Origin: Eledone cirrhosa
Lineage: Eukaryota
Assembly: GCA_964016885.1 (NCBI GenBank)
Contig: OZ024753.1
Location: forward strand, 24,180,001 to 24,244,000
Length of the DNA stretch: 64,000 bases
Reading direction: 5' to 3'
Shown here piece after piece: positions 39,346 through 52,800 of this stretch. The stretch's first letter is position 1; each line of letters begins with the position of its first letter. A program made the translations under genes and the position numbers. The notes under the pieces were generated by a model. The model saw nothing but the letters and a program-made list of their open reading frames with translations. It made no database searches and was not told the DNA's origin.

Positions 39346-39960
39346 GGGAACGCTTTAGGCCAAGTGTTGATAAGACATCCGATGTGGGCCGGAGCGCTGC
39401 GTTGCTCGAGACCAGCAAACTTAGTGCCGTCGGAACGACACCCTCAATTAGTTTGAAGTTGACTCTGTCCTGGAGACATTTCGTGCTTCGGAAGTGTATT
39501 GTGGGCGTTGTGTTCGCACTGGTAGAAAGCACGAGATATCTGAGAGGCTTACGAGCGAAGGGGCACAGAAAGAAGCGATATTGCCCTTGAGCCTCGAAGT
39601 CAGCGAGGACCCGATCTCTCTCACGCCGTCGGTTTCCCTACCAACGGGATCCCGAGTACGAAGGTTGCTAAACTAAATAGTTTGGTCCAGTCCTGCGGGC
39701 CGCCCGAGCCAAGCGTTTAGTCGATTGAAGTCATTAGCGCCTTGGTCACGGGAGTGCAGGAAGCCCTGGTGAACCTGGTGATGACGCTCCGCGTGTGCCA
39801 GTGGTGGGAGATCGTCACCAGAGTCTCGTCCGAGTCGAGCAGGTTCGGGTCCCCATTGTGTCAGACACCCGTGACCGGATGTGGTGTAGGGGTGGTGGGT
39901 AGTGCCACCGTTGCAAGGATTCCGGCGGGTGTCATATTTAGTATCTCCTTGCTACCTCTA
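39345..39960 (-). mobile_element. CRE-clade LINE N-terminal fragment
   Basis: RVNFKLIEGVVPTALSLLVS...VLSTLGLK and upstream W.KLFS.A..L.IP...SLTSRLK resemble the conserved CRE pre-RT region (from memory, not searched). Confidence 0.55.
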
Positions 39961-40133
39961 AATTGAGCTTTAAAGCCTGCCTCTCATCCCTAGATTCTAT
40001 TGCAGACTCCTCTATGACACTAACATAGACATTTCTTGACAGCCATTCGCATAATTTATCCTTTTAAATCTCTTTCACCGATCAATTTGAGTACATGGCA
40101 AGCACTTGAAAATGCTTGTTAGCCCCCCCCCCC

Positions 40134-40176
<43 letters not shown>

Positions 40177-40305
40177 TACACACACACATACACCTTAATA
40201 AAGCAGAAAATTCCTAAAAAAAAGGCGTCAAGGAAAATGTTTAATCTATATCCAAAATTTAATCCATAAACTCAGCCCTGTTCTTGCATTATATATACTA
40301 GCAGA

Positions 40306-40480
40306 TTGGCAGTATCAGTAGAGGGTCGGACGCCATGCTTTCCAGCATAGTTACGTCCCTCTACGATCTGAGTTCAAATCCCGCCGAGGTTGACTTTGCC
40401 TTTCATCCTTACGGGGTCGATAAAATAAAGTACCAGTAATGCACTGGATAATTGCTGGCCTTGTGCCTAAAGTAGAAACA
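40306..40480 (+). mobile_element. tRNA-derived SINE with 18-bp TSD
   Basis: Same family as the 34959 copy. TSD attatatatactagcaga at 40288-40305 and 40481-40498. Confidence 0.9.
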
Positions 40481-40551
40481 ATTATATATACTAGCAGAAA
40501 CACCACCCAGTGGGCAGTTCTCTGCTGGCATATTTAGTGGGCATATTGATA

Positions 40552-42520
40552 TTAATCCAGGTGCCTTGTCTCTCTGGGCGAATATCTGTCGGCTTTAGCC
40601 CTCAAAGCGAATGTCAGAGGTTTGTGGTCGGTTAAAACAGTAAAATTTCGCCCCTCAAGAATATGAGAGAAATGTTTCACCGACACAAATATATGGCTAA
40701 TAATTCCCGCCCAAACGTGCTGTAACACATTTCTGCTTGTTTTAGCTTCCTTGAGAAAAATGCCAAAGGTTGTTGGTTTCCAGCGTTGTACTGCTGTAAA
40801 ACTGCTCCCACAGCAGTATCAGATGCATCAACACAAAGCGAAAGCTTGGCCTCTGGTACCGGGTGGGCTAGCAAAGATGAACTAGCGAGTGGTGTCTTGG
40901 CAGTCTGGAAGTATTTAAGCTGTCCTTGTGTCAAGGAAATATCCTCATTCTTCTTACGACGATTTTTCAAAATGTCAGTAAGGGAAGATAGCAAATTAGC
41001 ACAATCAGGAACGAAACGCCTATAGAAATTGATTAGGCCTAAGAACTGGTGAAGTGTAGTAGGCGGAGGTAAATCCTGTATGGTTTGAACTCGCCGAGGG
41101 AGCGGCCTAATACCTTCGGCGTCCATGAGGTGGCCTAAAAAATTTAGCGAATTGGAACCGAAAACACACTTTGCGGGATTCACACGAACGCGGTAATCCT
41201 GAAGTCGCCGAAATAAGAGATGCATGTGGCGCATATGCTCTTCCGGAGAGGAACTAGCGACGAGAATATCGTCTATGTATGCATAAACGAAGTCAAGACC
41301 ACGAGTGACTTCGTCTATGAACCGCTGAAAAGTGCTAGCGGGGTTCCTGAGTCCGAAAAGCATGGTAAAAAATTTGAAGGATCTGAAAGGAGTTGTAATC
41401 GCCGTTTTCGGAATATCCTCCTTCCTGACCGGAATTTGGTGGTAGGCTCGCACTAAATCTAGTTTTGAGAAAATCTTACACCCCTGAAATGAAGGTGCGA
41501 AATCCTGGAGATGGGGAATGGGATACCTATCCGGGACGGTCATAGCATTTAACCTCCTATAATCCCAATGGGTCTTCAGTCGCCAGAAGTCTTGGGCACC
41601 ATGTGTAACGGTGAAGCCCAAGGACTCGTAGATGGGCAAATAATGCCCAGCTGCAGAATACGGTCGAGCTCGGACTGTGCTGCCTTTAATTTGTCCGCCG
41701 GTAAGCGGCGTGGACGCGAAAACACTGGAGCACCGGTGGTGGAAATGAAATGTTCAGTTGAGTGTGTTGGCTCAGTGACTCGAAAATTTCCATCGGTGAG
41801 GTCCGGGAAAGAACCTAACAACGAATGGTAGGCGTCTCCAGTGGCAGCGATGAAGAATATGGGGCTGACTGTTGGAGCATTGGCTTTCCGGACACGAATT
41901 GAAAAACCGGTGATGTCATCCACCAGGCGTTGGCCACGGACGTCTACAGTCAAAGGGAAGTTGTGGAGGCAATCCGCTCCTGAGATAGGGTATGGCAAAT
42001 CGGCAACCGTAAAAATTCACTTAAAATCCCTACGAAGATTTAGGAATTTGAGAGGAAGCGAGATTTGTCCGTACGTCTTTATAGACGAGTGATTAACGGC
42101 ATACAGAGTAACGGATGACTCCACGGGGGTATCTTTCAGGCAATGGACCAGCAAAATACTACAGGAGGCTCTTGTATCCACGAGAAAACCTCTTCCCGAC
42201 ATAAGGTCCTTAATGAAGAAATGGCGGTTTGGTGGCTTTTTGTTGAGGTCAACTGCCCCATCAGCGGACGTCTTTGGCGTTTCCCGCCTTATGAAACGAG
42301 CAAGGTTGTACGCAGTGGTTCGCGCTCTCGGCAAATCGCTCATGGTACCAGCATAAAGATGAAGCTGGTGATTTGGGGCGGCGTCTAAAAGATTGAGATC
42401 TCCCGCGGCTGCGCGGGCGCGAACGGACACCACACCAGACCTTCATCTTCTGGAGCTCCAGGGTGAGTTCCTGAATGGACTTCTGCATCGCCATAATGGC
42501 TGAGTGAGATGCCATTGTTA
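40552..42520 (-). mobile_element. Ty3/Gypsy internal fragment (gag end, protease, RT, RNase H), degraded, no LTRs seen
   Basis: LCWYHERF..C (gag), FLVDTRASCS (PR), [30 protein letters not shown] (RT), DASD...RELLAIY...TDHKPL (RH). Confidence 0.9.
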
Positions 42521-43129
42521 TACCGTAGGTAATCTTTAAAAAAAATCGTCTTCGTTTGGAAAAATGTCTCCAAAGGAAAACAAAATCGCTTGTTTTTCTC
42601 TGTCAAACAACTGGACAGGAAAAAGAATGCATCTGCGACAACATGTAAAGGAGCGACTAACCGAGCGATGTCATTAACAAGTTATAGGCAGGGAATTTAA
42701 AACTAAAACCAATATGGCGCACGATTTCGCGCCAAAATCACTATTGATGGAGAAGAAAGCCGCCATATTGTCATCCTCAAAAATTTTAGCCAGAGAAAAG
42801 AAGAAAAGAAGAAAAGGAGAAAAAACATTCATACAATTGTTGTTTTGTGTTTGTGTGTAAATAAATGGAATGTTCGCTTTGCACATATGAGGAGTTTGAT
42901 TGTTAAATGTTACAGATAAAGATGCTGAAATCAGTAAAATACAGCCAGATCAGAATGAAGCGTGTTGTTCTGTATTAAATGTTTTTTTTCTTTCTCTTGA
43001 ATTTTTTATATACACATGGTACCGTTTCCCATTCTTTTTTTTATTTTTTTAAACGTCACGTCACCAATTTAGAATGTTAGTATCAGTGTATATATATTAT
43101 TAAGAATGGCAATAAATGCAGGTGAGTGT

Positions 43130-43564
43130 TGTGACATGGTTTTACTTCAAAGAAGTCAAATAAATTAATAGAAATAATTTTTACCACATGTTGATGGTGA
43201 GTTGGGCTCAACTCCCAGACCGGAGTGTGTAGAGAAGAACGGAAATCTTCTCTTAGTAAGGTTCAAGTGTTTCTTTAGGCTGCCGGCGCAGGAAGTGAGA
43301 GAGAAGACAGAAGTCATATCTTGACAAGGTCTGAAGTGTTCTTCTTGTTGCAGCGTAGGAAGTGAGAGTTACTGCCTTAAATGTTCTCGAGTATATATTC
43401 CCCGGGGGGACGCAACTCCATTTAGTACATGGATCTGCCACTGAGAGTCGCGGCCATCACAAAGGGACGCAACTCCTATACGTATCTGACACTGTGAGTC
43501 GCGACCGTCACAAAGGGATGCAACTCATATACCTGCTGAGTTACAGCCGTAAGGGGTCGCTACA
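43130..43564. mobile_element. Probable solo LTR
   Basis: TGTGAC...GCTACA termini, internal ~55-bp subrepeats (aagggacgcaactc), near-TSD agtgt/tgtgt. The minus-strand start TGTAGCGA matches the start of the LTR at 9109. Confidence 0.5.
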
Positions 43565-45791
43565 TGTGTATTATCTGTGTTTTGTATGAGGTCCTAGATG
43601 TATGGATTACCTGCTTGTGTTGTCTGCGGTACTAGAAGTATGTATTACCTCCTTGTGTGTTGCATGTGGTGCCAGATGTGTGTATTACTTGATGGTGTGT
43701 TGTATGTGGTCCTACATGTATGTATTATCTGCTTGTGTGTTGTATGTGGCCCTAGATGTGTGTATTACCTGCTTGTGTGTTGTATATGGTCCTAGATGTG
43801 TGGATTACCTCCTGGTAGGTTGTATGCTGTCCTAGATGTGTGTATTACCTGCTTGTGTGTTGTATGTGGTCCTAGATGTGTGTATTACCTCCTTGTATGT
43901 TGTATGTGGTCCTAGATGTATGTATGTATTACCTCCTTGTGTGTTGTATGTGGTCCTAGATGTACGTATTACCTGCTGGTGTGTTGTATGTGGTCCTAGA
44001 TGCATGTATTACCTGCTGGGATGTTGTATGTGGTCCTAGATGTATGTATTACCTGCTTGTGTGTTGTATGTGGTCCTAGATGTGTGTATTACATCCTTGT
44101 GTGTTGTATGTGGTCCTAGATGTATGTATTACCTCCTTGTGTGTTGTATGTGGTCCTATATGTATGTATTACCTGCGGGTGTGTTGTATGTGGTCCTAGA
44201 TGTGTGTATTACATCCTTGTGTGTTGTATGTCGTCCTAGATGTGTGTATTACCTGCTGGTGTGTTATATGTGGCCCTAAATGTGTGTATTACATCCTTGT
44301 GTGTTGTATGTGGTCCTAGATGTATGTACTACCTGCTTGTGTGTTGTATGTGGTCCTAGATGTGTGTATTACCTGTTTGTGTGTTTTATGTGGTCCTAGA
44401 TGTATGTATTACCTACTTGTGTGTTGTATGTGGTCCTAGATGTGTGTATTACCTTCTTGTGTGTTGTATGTCGTCCTAGATGTATGTATTACCTACTTGT
44501 GTGTTGTATGTGGTCCTAGATGTGTGTATTAACTTCTTGTGTGTTGTATGTCGTCCTAGATATGTGTATTACCTCCTTGTGTGTTGTATGTCGTCATAGA
44601 TGTATGTATTACCTGCTTGTGTGTTGTATGTTGTGCTAGATGTGTGTATTACCTCCTTGTGTGTTGTATGTGGTCCTAGATGTATGTATGTATTACCTCC
44701 TTGTGTGTTGTATGTGGTCCTAGATGTATGTATTACCTGCTGGTGTGTTGTATGTGGTCCTAGATGTATGTATTACCTGCTTGTGTGTTGTATGTCGTCC
44801 TAGATGTATGTATTACATCCTTGTGTGGTGTATGTGGTCCTAGATGTGTGTATTACCTGCTTGTGTGTTGTATGTGGTCCTAGATGTGTGTATTACCTGC
44901 TTGTGTGTTGTATGTGGTCCTAGATGTGTGTATTACCTGCTAGTGTGTTGTATGTGGTCCTAGATATATGTATTACCTGCTCGTGTGTTGTATGTGGTCC
45001 TAGATGTGTGTATTACCTGCTTGTGTGTTGTATGTGGTCCTAGATCTATGTATTACCTCATTGTGTGTTGTATGTGGTCCTATATATATGTATTACCTGC
45101 TTGTGTGTTGTATGTGGTCCTAGATGTATGTATTGCCTCCTTGTGTGTGGTATGTGATCCTAGATGTGTGTATTACCTGCTTGTGTGTTATATGTGGTCC
45201 TAGGTGTGTGTATTACCTGCTTCTGTGTTGTATGTCATCCTAGATGTATGTATTACCTACTTGTATGTTATATGTGGTCCTAGATGCGTGTATTACATCC
45301 TTGTGTGTTGTATGTGGTCCTAGATGTATGTATTATCTGCTTGTGTGTTGTATGTGGTCCTAGATGTGTGTATTGCATCCTTGTATGTTTGATGTGGTCC
45401 TAGATGTGTGTATTACATCCTTGTGTGTTGTATGTGGTCCTAGATGTGTGCATTACCTGCTGGTGTGTTGTATGTGGTCCTAGATGTGTGTATTACCTCC
45501 TTTTTTGTTGTATGTGGTTCTAGATGTGTATATTACCTGCTTGTGTGTTGCATGTAGTCCTAGATGTGTGTGTTCTAGATGTATGTATTACCTACTCGTG
45601 TGTTTTATGTGGCCCTAGATGTGTGTATTACATCCTTGTGTGTTATATGTGGTCCTAGATGTGTGTATTATCTCCTTGTGTGCTGTATGTGATCCTAGAT
45701 GTGTGTATTACCTCCTTGTTTGTTGCATGTTGTCCTAGATATGTGTATTACCTGCTGGTGTGTTGTATGTGGTCCTAGATGTGTGTATTAC

Positions 45792-48700
45792 TAGAGGATT
45801 ATATATCATTGTGTGACGCTATGCAAAACATGTTATAGTGTTCTGATATTATTCATTCCTAATAGTGCTTTTCATCTGTTTCAGATGTCCATCATTTATT
45901 GATACAAATAAAGTGGATGTATTATGAAAAGAGTTCGTGCTTATGAGGGACAGCGTCAATTCATACTTTACAGAGAAGTTATTCTAAGACCAAAGTTTAT
46001 TTATAGGTGAAATTTGAATTTGTGCCCGCAACCGTTAAGATTTCGTTTTGTATAATTTAATGTGAAAGATGCCTACAGTGAAGTGCCCTATCCCACACTG
46101 TGATTTTGAGACAGAAGACTTCGATCCTGTAGGGATCGCTGCACTGCTGACTGCAAAATCAACAGTCTACACTACAACCCCCAGCATCTCTGCCAAAGTC
46201 GAACGGGTCAAGCGGCCTAGCGTCTCCTCCGTAGGTACAAGCGAGGACTGGTGCTACTTCATCTCAAGATGGACGGATTACGTCGAGGCAACCAAAGTCA
46301 CAGGTAAAGACCTCATTGTACAACTCCTTGAGTGCTGTGACGAGACACTACGTAGATACTTAACAAGATCCGCTGGTGGCACACTGACAGACAAAACCCA
46401 AGCTGATGTCCTCAAGGCCATTCGAGTCCTTGCTGTCCGAGAGGAAAACACCATGGCTTCTCGCGTCACTCTTCGGAGCATGACACAGGGCCATGACGAG
46501 TCTGTCCGCTCATTTGGTGCTAGACTTAGGGGACAAGCAGTTGTCTGCAAATTTGTCACAGCATGTCCGGGCTGCCATCCGGAAGTGAACTATACTGAGG
46601 CAATCCTTCGTGACGTACTCACTCGTGGACGTAATGACTCTGAAATCCAGCTTGACCTCCTCGGAGATAAAAACCAGGATATGAGCCTCGGGGAAGTATT
46701 TAAATATGTTGAAGCTAAGGAGGCCTACTTGATTCCCAGGGTGCCCAGGCTATCGGCAGTAGCTACCATCGTAACAAGAAGACCCCACCAGACCACCCCA
46801 AGGGATCAGACCTCCAGAAAGAGACCTGCATCTATTGCGGTAAGAGAGGACATGGCACACGAGCACCACCAAGGGTCCGAGGTAAGGAGTGTACTGCGTA
46901 CGGCCACACATGCTCCTACTGTTCCAGATAAAACCATTTTTAGTCAGCTTGTTGCAGCAAGGACAGATCCAAGCGGGAAGTGCCTCCAAGACCTATAGAG
47001 AACACGAGGGTGCCATCTTTGATTCCCTATGCGCAGCAAGTCATTTAGTATACAAGCGAGATCACAAGTCCATAACCTTGGGCCACCACATACACGATCA
47101 ACTATCAGATACATGGTCAAGGCAGTCATCTCAACCTCAACCCTTTATCCAACTGACAATGAAGGTCCTACATGAAGATTACCATCAACTCGGCTTTGGA
47201 CACATCCTCAAATCCAAACCCAAGACTCTTTGCCATTGCTGATACAGGCTGCCAGAGCTGTCTTGCCGAGGTGAAGGTCTTGCACAAGCTTGGACTCAAC
47301 ACCTCTGACCTCATCCCAGTAACACTGAGGATGCTGCGAACAATAAAGGCATCCCCATCCTTGGAGCCATCATTGTTCGCCTTTCAGCTCAAGACTCCAC
47401 TGGTGAACTGATCGAATCTCGCCAACTTGTATACATCACAGACAACTCAGACAAGTTCTTCCTCAGTAAAGAGGGATGCATCTCACTTGGGATGATCACA
47501 GATAACTTTCCAACTATCAGCGTGGCCAGTGGTAGTGTGAATGCAGCTGCATCCTCAGGTGACAACCAAACACATCAATTACAGGACCAAGACAAGGTGG
47601 AAGGTGAATGCCCAAGACGAACACTGCCACCACCCCTGCCAACCAAATTACCCTACCCTGCAAGAGAGGAAAATCGCAAGGAATTTGAGCGGCTACCTTC
47701 TTGATTGGTACAAATCAAGCACGTTCAATACCTGCGAACACCAACCCCTTCCCCTTATGGAGCCCCCCCCCCTATGAAACTGATGGTGGATCCCAACGCC
47801 ACACCTATAGCTCAATACACTCCAATACCCGTGCCGCTCCACTGGCGAGAAGCAGTCAAGGCCAGCGTCGACCAAGATGTCCAACTGGGTATGATCGAAC
47901 CTGTACCAGTTGGCGAACCTGTCACTTGGTGCCATAGGATGGTTGTCTGCCCAAAGAAAAATGGTAAACCCCGCCGCACCGTGAATTTCCAGGCTCTCAA
48001 CGCCCATGCAATAAGGGAGACCCATCACACACAATCCCCATTCCACCAAGCACGCTCGGTACCATCAGACAAGAAGAAAACTGTATTCGATGCCTGGAAC
48101 GGCTACCACAGTATACCAATTCGTGACGAAGCCAAACACTTAACCACATTCATCACGCCATGGGGAAGATACCGCTACCTGACTGCCCCCCAAGGCTACA
48201 TTGCGTCAGGTGATGGATACACAAGGAGATTCGATGAGATCATCTCTGACGTACAGAACAAGACTAAATGCGTCGACGACACCTTGCTGTGATCTGACAA
48301 CATTGAAGATAGCTTCTTCCGTGCCTGCGAATGGCCAGACCTCTGCGGCAGAAACGGAATAACCTTAAACCCAGAGAAATTTGTCTTTGCCAAGGACACA
48401 GTCGAATTTGCAGGCTTTGAGATCACATGCAACAGCGTCAACCGTGCAAAAAATACCTCCAGGCTATCATTGACTTCTCCACACCAACCAACATCTCCGA
48501 CATGCGCTCTTGGTTTGGTCTCATCAATCAAGTCTCCTACGCCTTCAGCATGGCCGACAGGATGCAACCATTCCGCAAGCTACTGAAACCAGGAACACCA
48601 GTCCAATGGAATGACCAGCTGGACAAACTCTTTGAAGAATCTAAGAGTGTGATTGTCAGTGATATAGAAGAGGGTGTACGCATATTTGACACCAGAAAAC

Positions 48701-49396
48701 CTACATGTTTCGCCACTGACTGGTCGAAAGACGGCATTGGATTCTGGCTGTTCCAGAAACACTGCACATCACCAAAGACAGTCCCATTTTGCTGTTGTGA
48801 AGGATGGTTACACTGGTCGGAAGTCGCTTCACCCAAGCGGCAGAATCACGATACGCACCGGTTGAAGGCGAGGCTCTCGCTGACGCACTGGACAAGGCAA
48901 GGTATTTCATTCTGGGCTGCACCAACCTCACCATAGCGGTAGACCACAAACCACTACTCAAGATATTCAGTGATCAATCCCTGGAAAGGATTTCCAATAC
49001 TCGTCTTCGCAACTTGAAGGAAAAGATTTTCCGCTACAGCTTCAAGATGATCCATATTCCCGGGGCAAGACACGGAGCTGCTGATGCTGTATCTCGACAC
49101 CCATGTGACCCTGGAGACAAGATGATTCTAGAGGATTCAGCAGCCATCAGTATCTCCAGCCAACCATCTATTCAGAAACTCGTACTCGCCACCAAAAGAT
49201 ATGGTGACCAACCAGATAACCCAATCGAAGGGTCTACCTTCCTCTCAGCCGTGTCATCCATCAACTCACTACAATCAATCACTTGGCACAAGGTTCAAGA
49301 AGCCACCAACAGATGAAAAGCACTATTAGGAATAAATAGTATCAGAATGCTATAACATGTTTTGCATATCGTCACACAATGATATATAATCCTATA
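45792..49396 (+). mobile_element. Gypsy-derived element (gag-PR-RT-RH, no integrase) bounded by 89-bp terminal inverted repeats and an ATTAC TSD
   Basis: TIRs at 45792-45880 and 49308-49396. ATTAC at 45787-45791 and 49397-49401. Confidence 0.88.
46069..49310 (+). pseudogene. Ty3/Gypsy gag-pol, frameshifted, truncated after RNase H
   Basis: Gag MPTVKCPIPHC... with zinc knuckle CIYCGKRGHG, protease IADTGCQSC, RT FDAWNGYHSI..APQGY..CVDDTL, RH ATDWSKDG..VDHKPL. Confidence 0.92.
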
Positions 49397-49840
49397 ATTA
49401 CCTCCTTGAGTTGTATGTGATCCTAGATGTGTGTATTACCTGCTTGTGTCTTGTATGTGGTCCTATATGTGTATTTTAGCTGGTTATGTGTTGTATGTGG
49501 TCCTAGATGTGTGTATTACCTGCTTGTGTGTTGTATGTAGTCCTAGATGTGTGTATTACCTCCTTGTGTGTTGTATGTGGTCCTAGATGTGTGTATTACC
49601 TCCTTGTATGCTGTATGTGGTCCTAGATGTGTGTATTACCTGCTTGTGTGTTGTATGTGGTCATAGATGTGTGTATTACCTGCTTGTGTGTTGTATATGG
49701 TCCTAGATGTGTCTATTACCTGCTTGTGTGTTGTATGTGGTCCTAGATGTGTGTATTACCTGCTTGTGTGTTGTATGTGGTCCTAGATGTGTGTATTACA
49801 TGCTTGTGTGTTGTATGTGGTCCTAGGTGTGTATTACCTG

Positions 49841-52800
49841 ATAATGTATTTTATTTATTCCTCTTTTCCTTTTTCTTAAGTTTGTAAAACAATAAAATAA
49901 AACTACCTTTGTAATGGTATTCACACAACTGTGAATAAAATCGTAATTGACAATATGCATTGAATGAAGATTGTGTTACACTTTCTTCTGTAATCAGTAA
50001 AGTAATCCATGATACATTTTAAAAAGATGTTATTTTATTTAAACGGCGTTACGGCAAAATGTCATTAAAATGATATAACGAACGCTAACGGAAGTGTTGA
50101 CATTTGAAAATTTTAACAGAAATTAATCTTAAAATAAGAATACATTATATATAAGAATATTTGTTTAATTAAGAGCTTTAATTAAGATAAATTACATAAT
50201 ATTCATTCATGATTTATTCAAAGTAACCCAACTTATTTTAATAGCATGTTCAGAAAAAATAACCCCGACACAGTCTCGCAGTCATCCAACCATTAGATGG
50301 ATTTTAAACTTCATTGATGTCTACCAATGAATATTACGAATGTACTCAACTTTATTTACGGGAAGAACATAATTGTATGTCTTATGTTGCTAGCTTTGGA
50401 TACTGTAGCAGTTGAAGATATGATTGATGGGTAAATTTATAGAAAAGCACCTGTTGGAGTTCGGTAGGACATGTTTTTTTCTACGTTTATTCGCGTGTTT
50501 TTAACTAATCTTAAGTCGGTAATGCTCTTAATCACCTTTTTGGGTGGGGTGGGGGCTCAAATTTTTTGTAGAAATTGATTTCTTTTCTAAGTTTTTTTTT
50601 TTTTCGTTTGTTTACAACCGATCTGACATCAGATTCACCAGCCAACGACTCCTTTTTTCGAAAATGGAAGTGGGGAGAGAAGAGCACCTCTCAGGCGTTT
50701 AAATTTTTAGAAAAGCACCCGCTGGGGTTAGGACCACATACAACACACAAGCAAATTGTGTTGTATGTGGTCCTAGACGTGTGTATTACCTTCTTGTGTG
50801 TTGTATATGTCCTAGATGTATGTATTTCCTGCTTGTGTGTTGTATGTGGTCCTAGATGTGTGTATTAACTTCTTGGGTGTTGTATGTCGTCCTAGATGTG
50901 TGTATTACCTCCTTGTGTGTTGTATGTCGTCCTAGATGTATGTATTACCTGCATGTGTGTTGTATGTGGTCCTTGTGTGTTGTATGTGGTCCTATATGTA
51001 TGTATTACCTGCGGGTGTGTTGTATGTGGTCCTATATGTGTGTATTACCTCCTTGTGTGTTGCATGTGGTCCTATATGTATGTATTACCTGCTGGTGTGT
51101 TGTATGTGGTCCTAGATGTGTGTATTACCTGCTGGTGTGTTGTATGTGGTCCTATATGTGTGTATTACCTGCTTGTGTGTTGTATGTGGTCCTAGATGTA
51201 TGTATTACCTGCTGGTGTGTTGTATGTGGTCCTAGATGTGTGTATTACCTGCTTGTGTGCTGTATGTGGTCCTAGATGTGTGTACTACCTGCTTGTGTGT
51301 TGTATGTGGTCCTAGATGTGTGTATTACCTCCTTATGTGTTGTATGTGGTCCTAGATGTGTGTATTACCTCCTTGTGTGTTGTATGTGGTCCTAGATGTG
51401 TGTATTACCTCCTTGTGTGTTGTATGTGGTCCTAGATGTGTGTATTACCTCCTTGTGTGTTGTATGTGGTCCTAGATCTGTGTATAATCTGCTTGTGTGT
51501 TGTATGTAGTCCTAGATGTATGTATTACCTGCTTGTGTGTTGTATGTTGTACTAGATTTGTGTATTACCTGCTTGTGTGTTGCATGTGGTCCTAGATGTG
51601 TGTATTACATCCTTGTGTGTTTTATGTGGTCCTAGATGTGTGCATTACCTGCTTGTGTGTTGTATGTTGTCCTAGATGTATGTATTACCTGCTTGTGTGT
51701 TGCATGTGGTCCTAGATGTGTGTATTACATCCTTGTGTGTTTTGTATGGTCCTAGATGTGTGTATTACCTGCTTGTGTGTTGTATGTGGTCCTATATGTG
51801 TATATTAGCTGGTTATGTGTTGTATGTGGTCCTAGATGTGTGTATTACCTGCTTGTGTGTTGTATGTAGTCCTAGATGTGTGTATTACCTCCTTGTGTGT
51901 TGTATGTGGTCCTAGATGTGTGTATTACCTCCTTGTATGTTGTATGTGGTCCTAGATGTGTGTATTACCTGCTTATGTGTTGTATGTGATCCTAGATGTG
52001 TGTATTACCTGCTTGTGTGTTGTATGTGGTCCTAGATGTGTCTATTACCTGCCTGTGTGTTGTATGTGGTCCTAGATGTGTGTATTACCTGCTTGTGTGT
52101 TGTATGTGGTCCTAGATGTGTGTATTACATGCTTGTGTGTTGTATGTGGTCCTAGGTGTGTATTACCTGATAATGTATTTTATTTATTACTCTTTTCCTT
52201 AAGTTTGTAAAACAATAAAATAAAACTACCTTTGTAATGGTATTCACACAACTGTGAATAAAACCGTAATTGACAATATGCATTGAATGAAGATTGTGTT
52301 ACACTTTCTTCTGTAATCAGTAAAGTACTCCATGATACATTTTAAAAAGATGTTATTTTATTTAAACGGTGTTACGGCAAAATGTCATGAAAATGATATA
52401 ACGAACGTTAACGGAAGTGTTGACATTTGAAAGTTTTAACAGAAATTAATCTTAAAATAAGAATACATTATATATAAGAATATTTGTTTAATTAAGAGCT
52501 TTAATTAAGATAAATTACATAATATTCATTCATGATTTATTCAAAGTAACCCAACTTATTTTAATAGCATGTTCAGAAAAAATAACCCCGACACAGTCTC
52601 GCAGTCATCCAACCATTAGATGGAATTTAAACTTCATTGATGTCTACCAAGGAATATTACGAATGTACTCAACTTTATTTACGGGAAGAACATAATTGTA
52701 TGTCTTATGTTGCTAGTATTGGATACTGTAGCAGTTGAAGATATGATTGATGGGTAAATTTATAGAAAAGCACCTGTTGGAGTTCGGTAGGACATGTTTT

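Noticed and set aside
45792-49396. DIRS/tyrosine-recombinase element
   Set aside because: Has an aspartic protease, a Gypsy-type RT and a TSD. No tyrosine recombinase or internal complementary region was seen.
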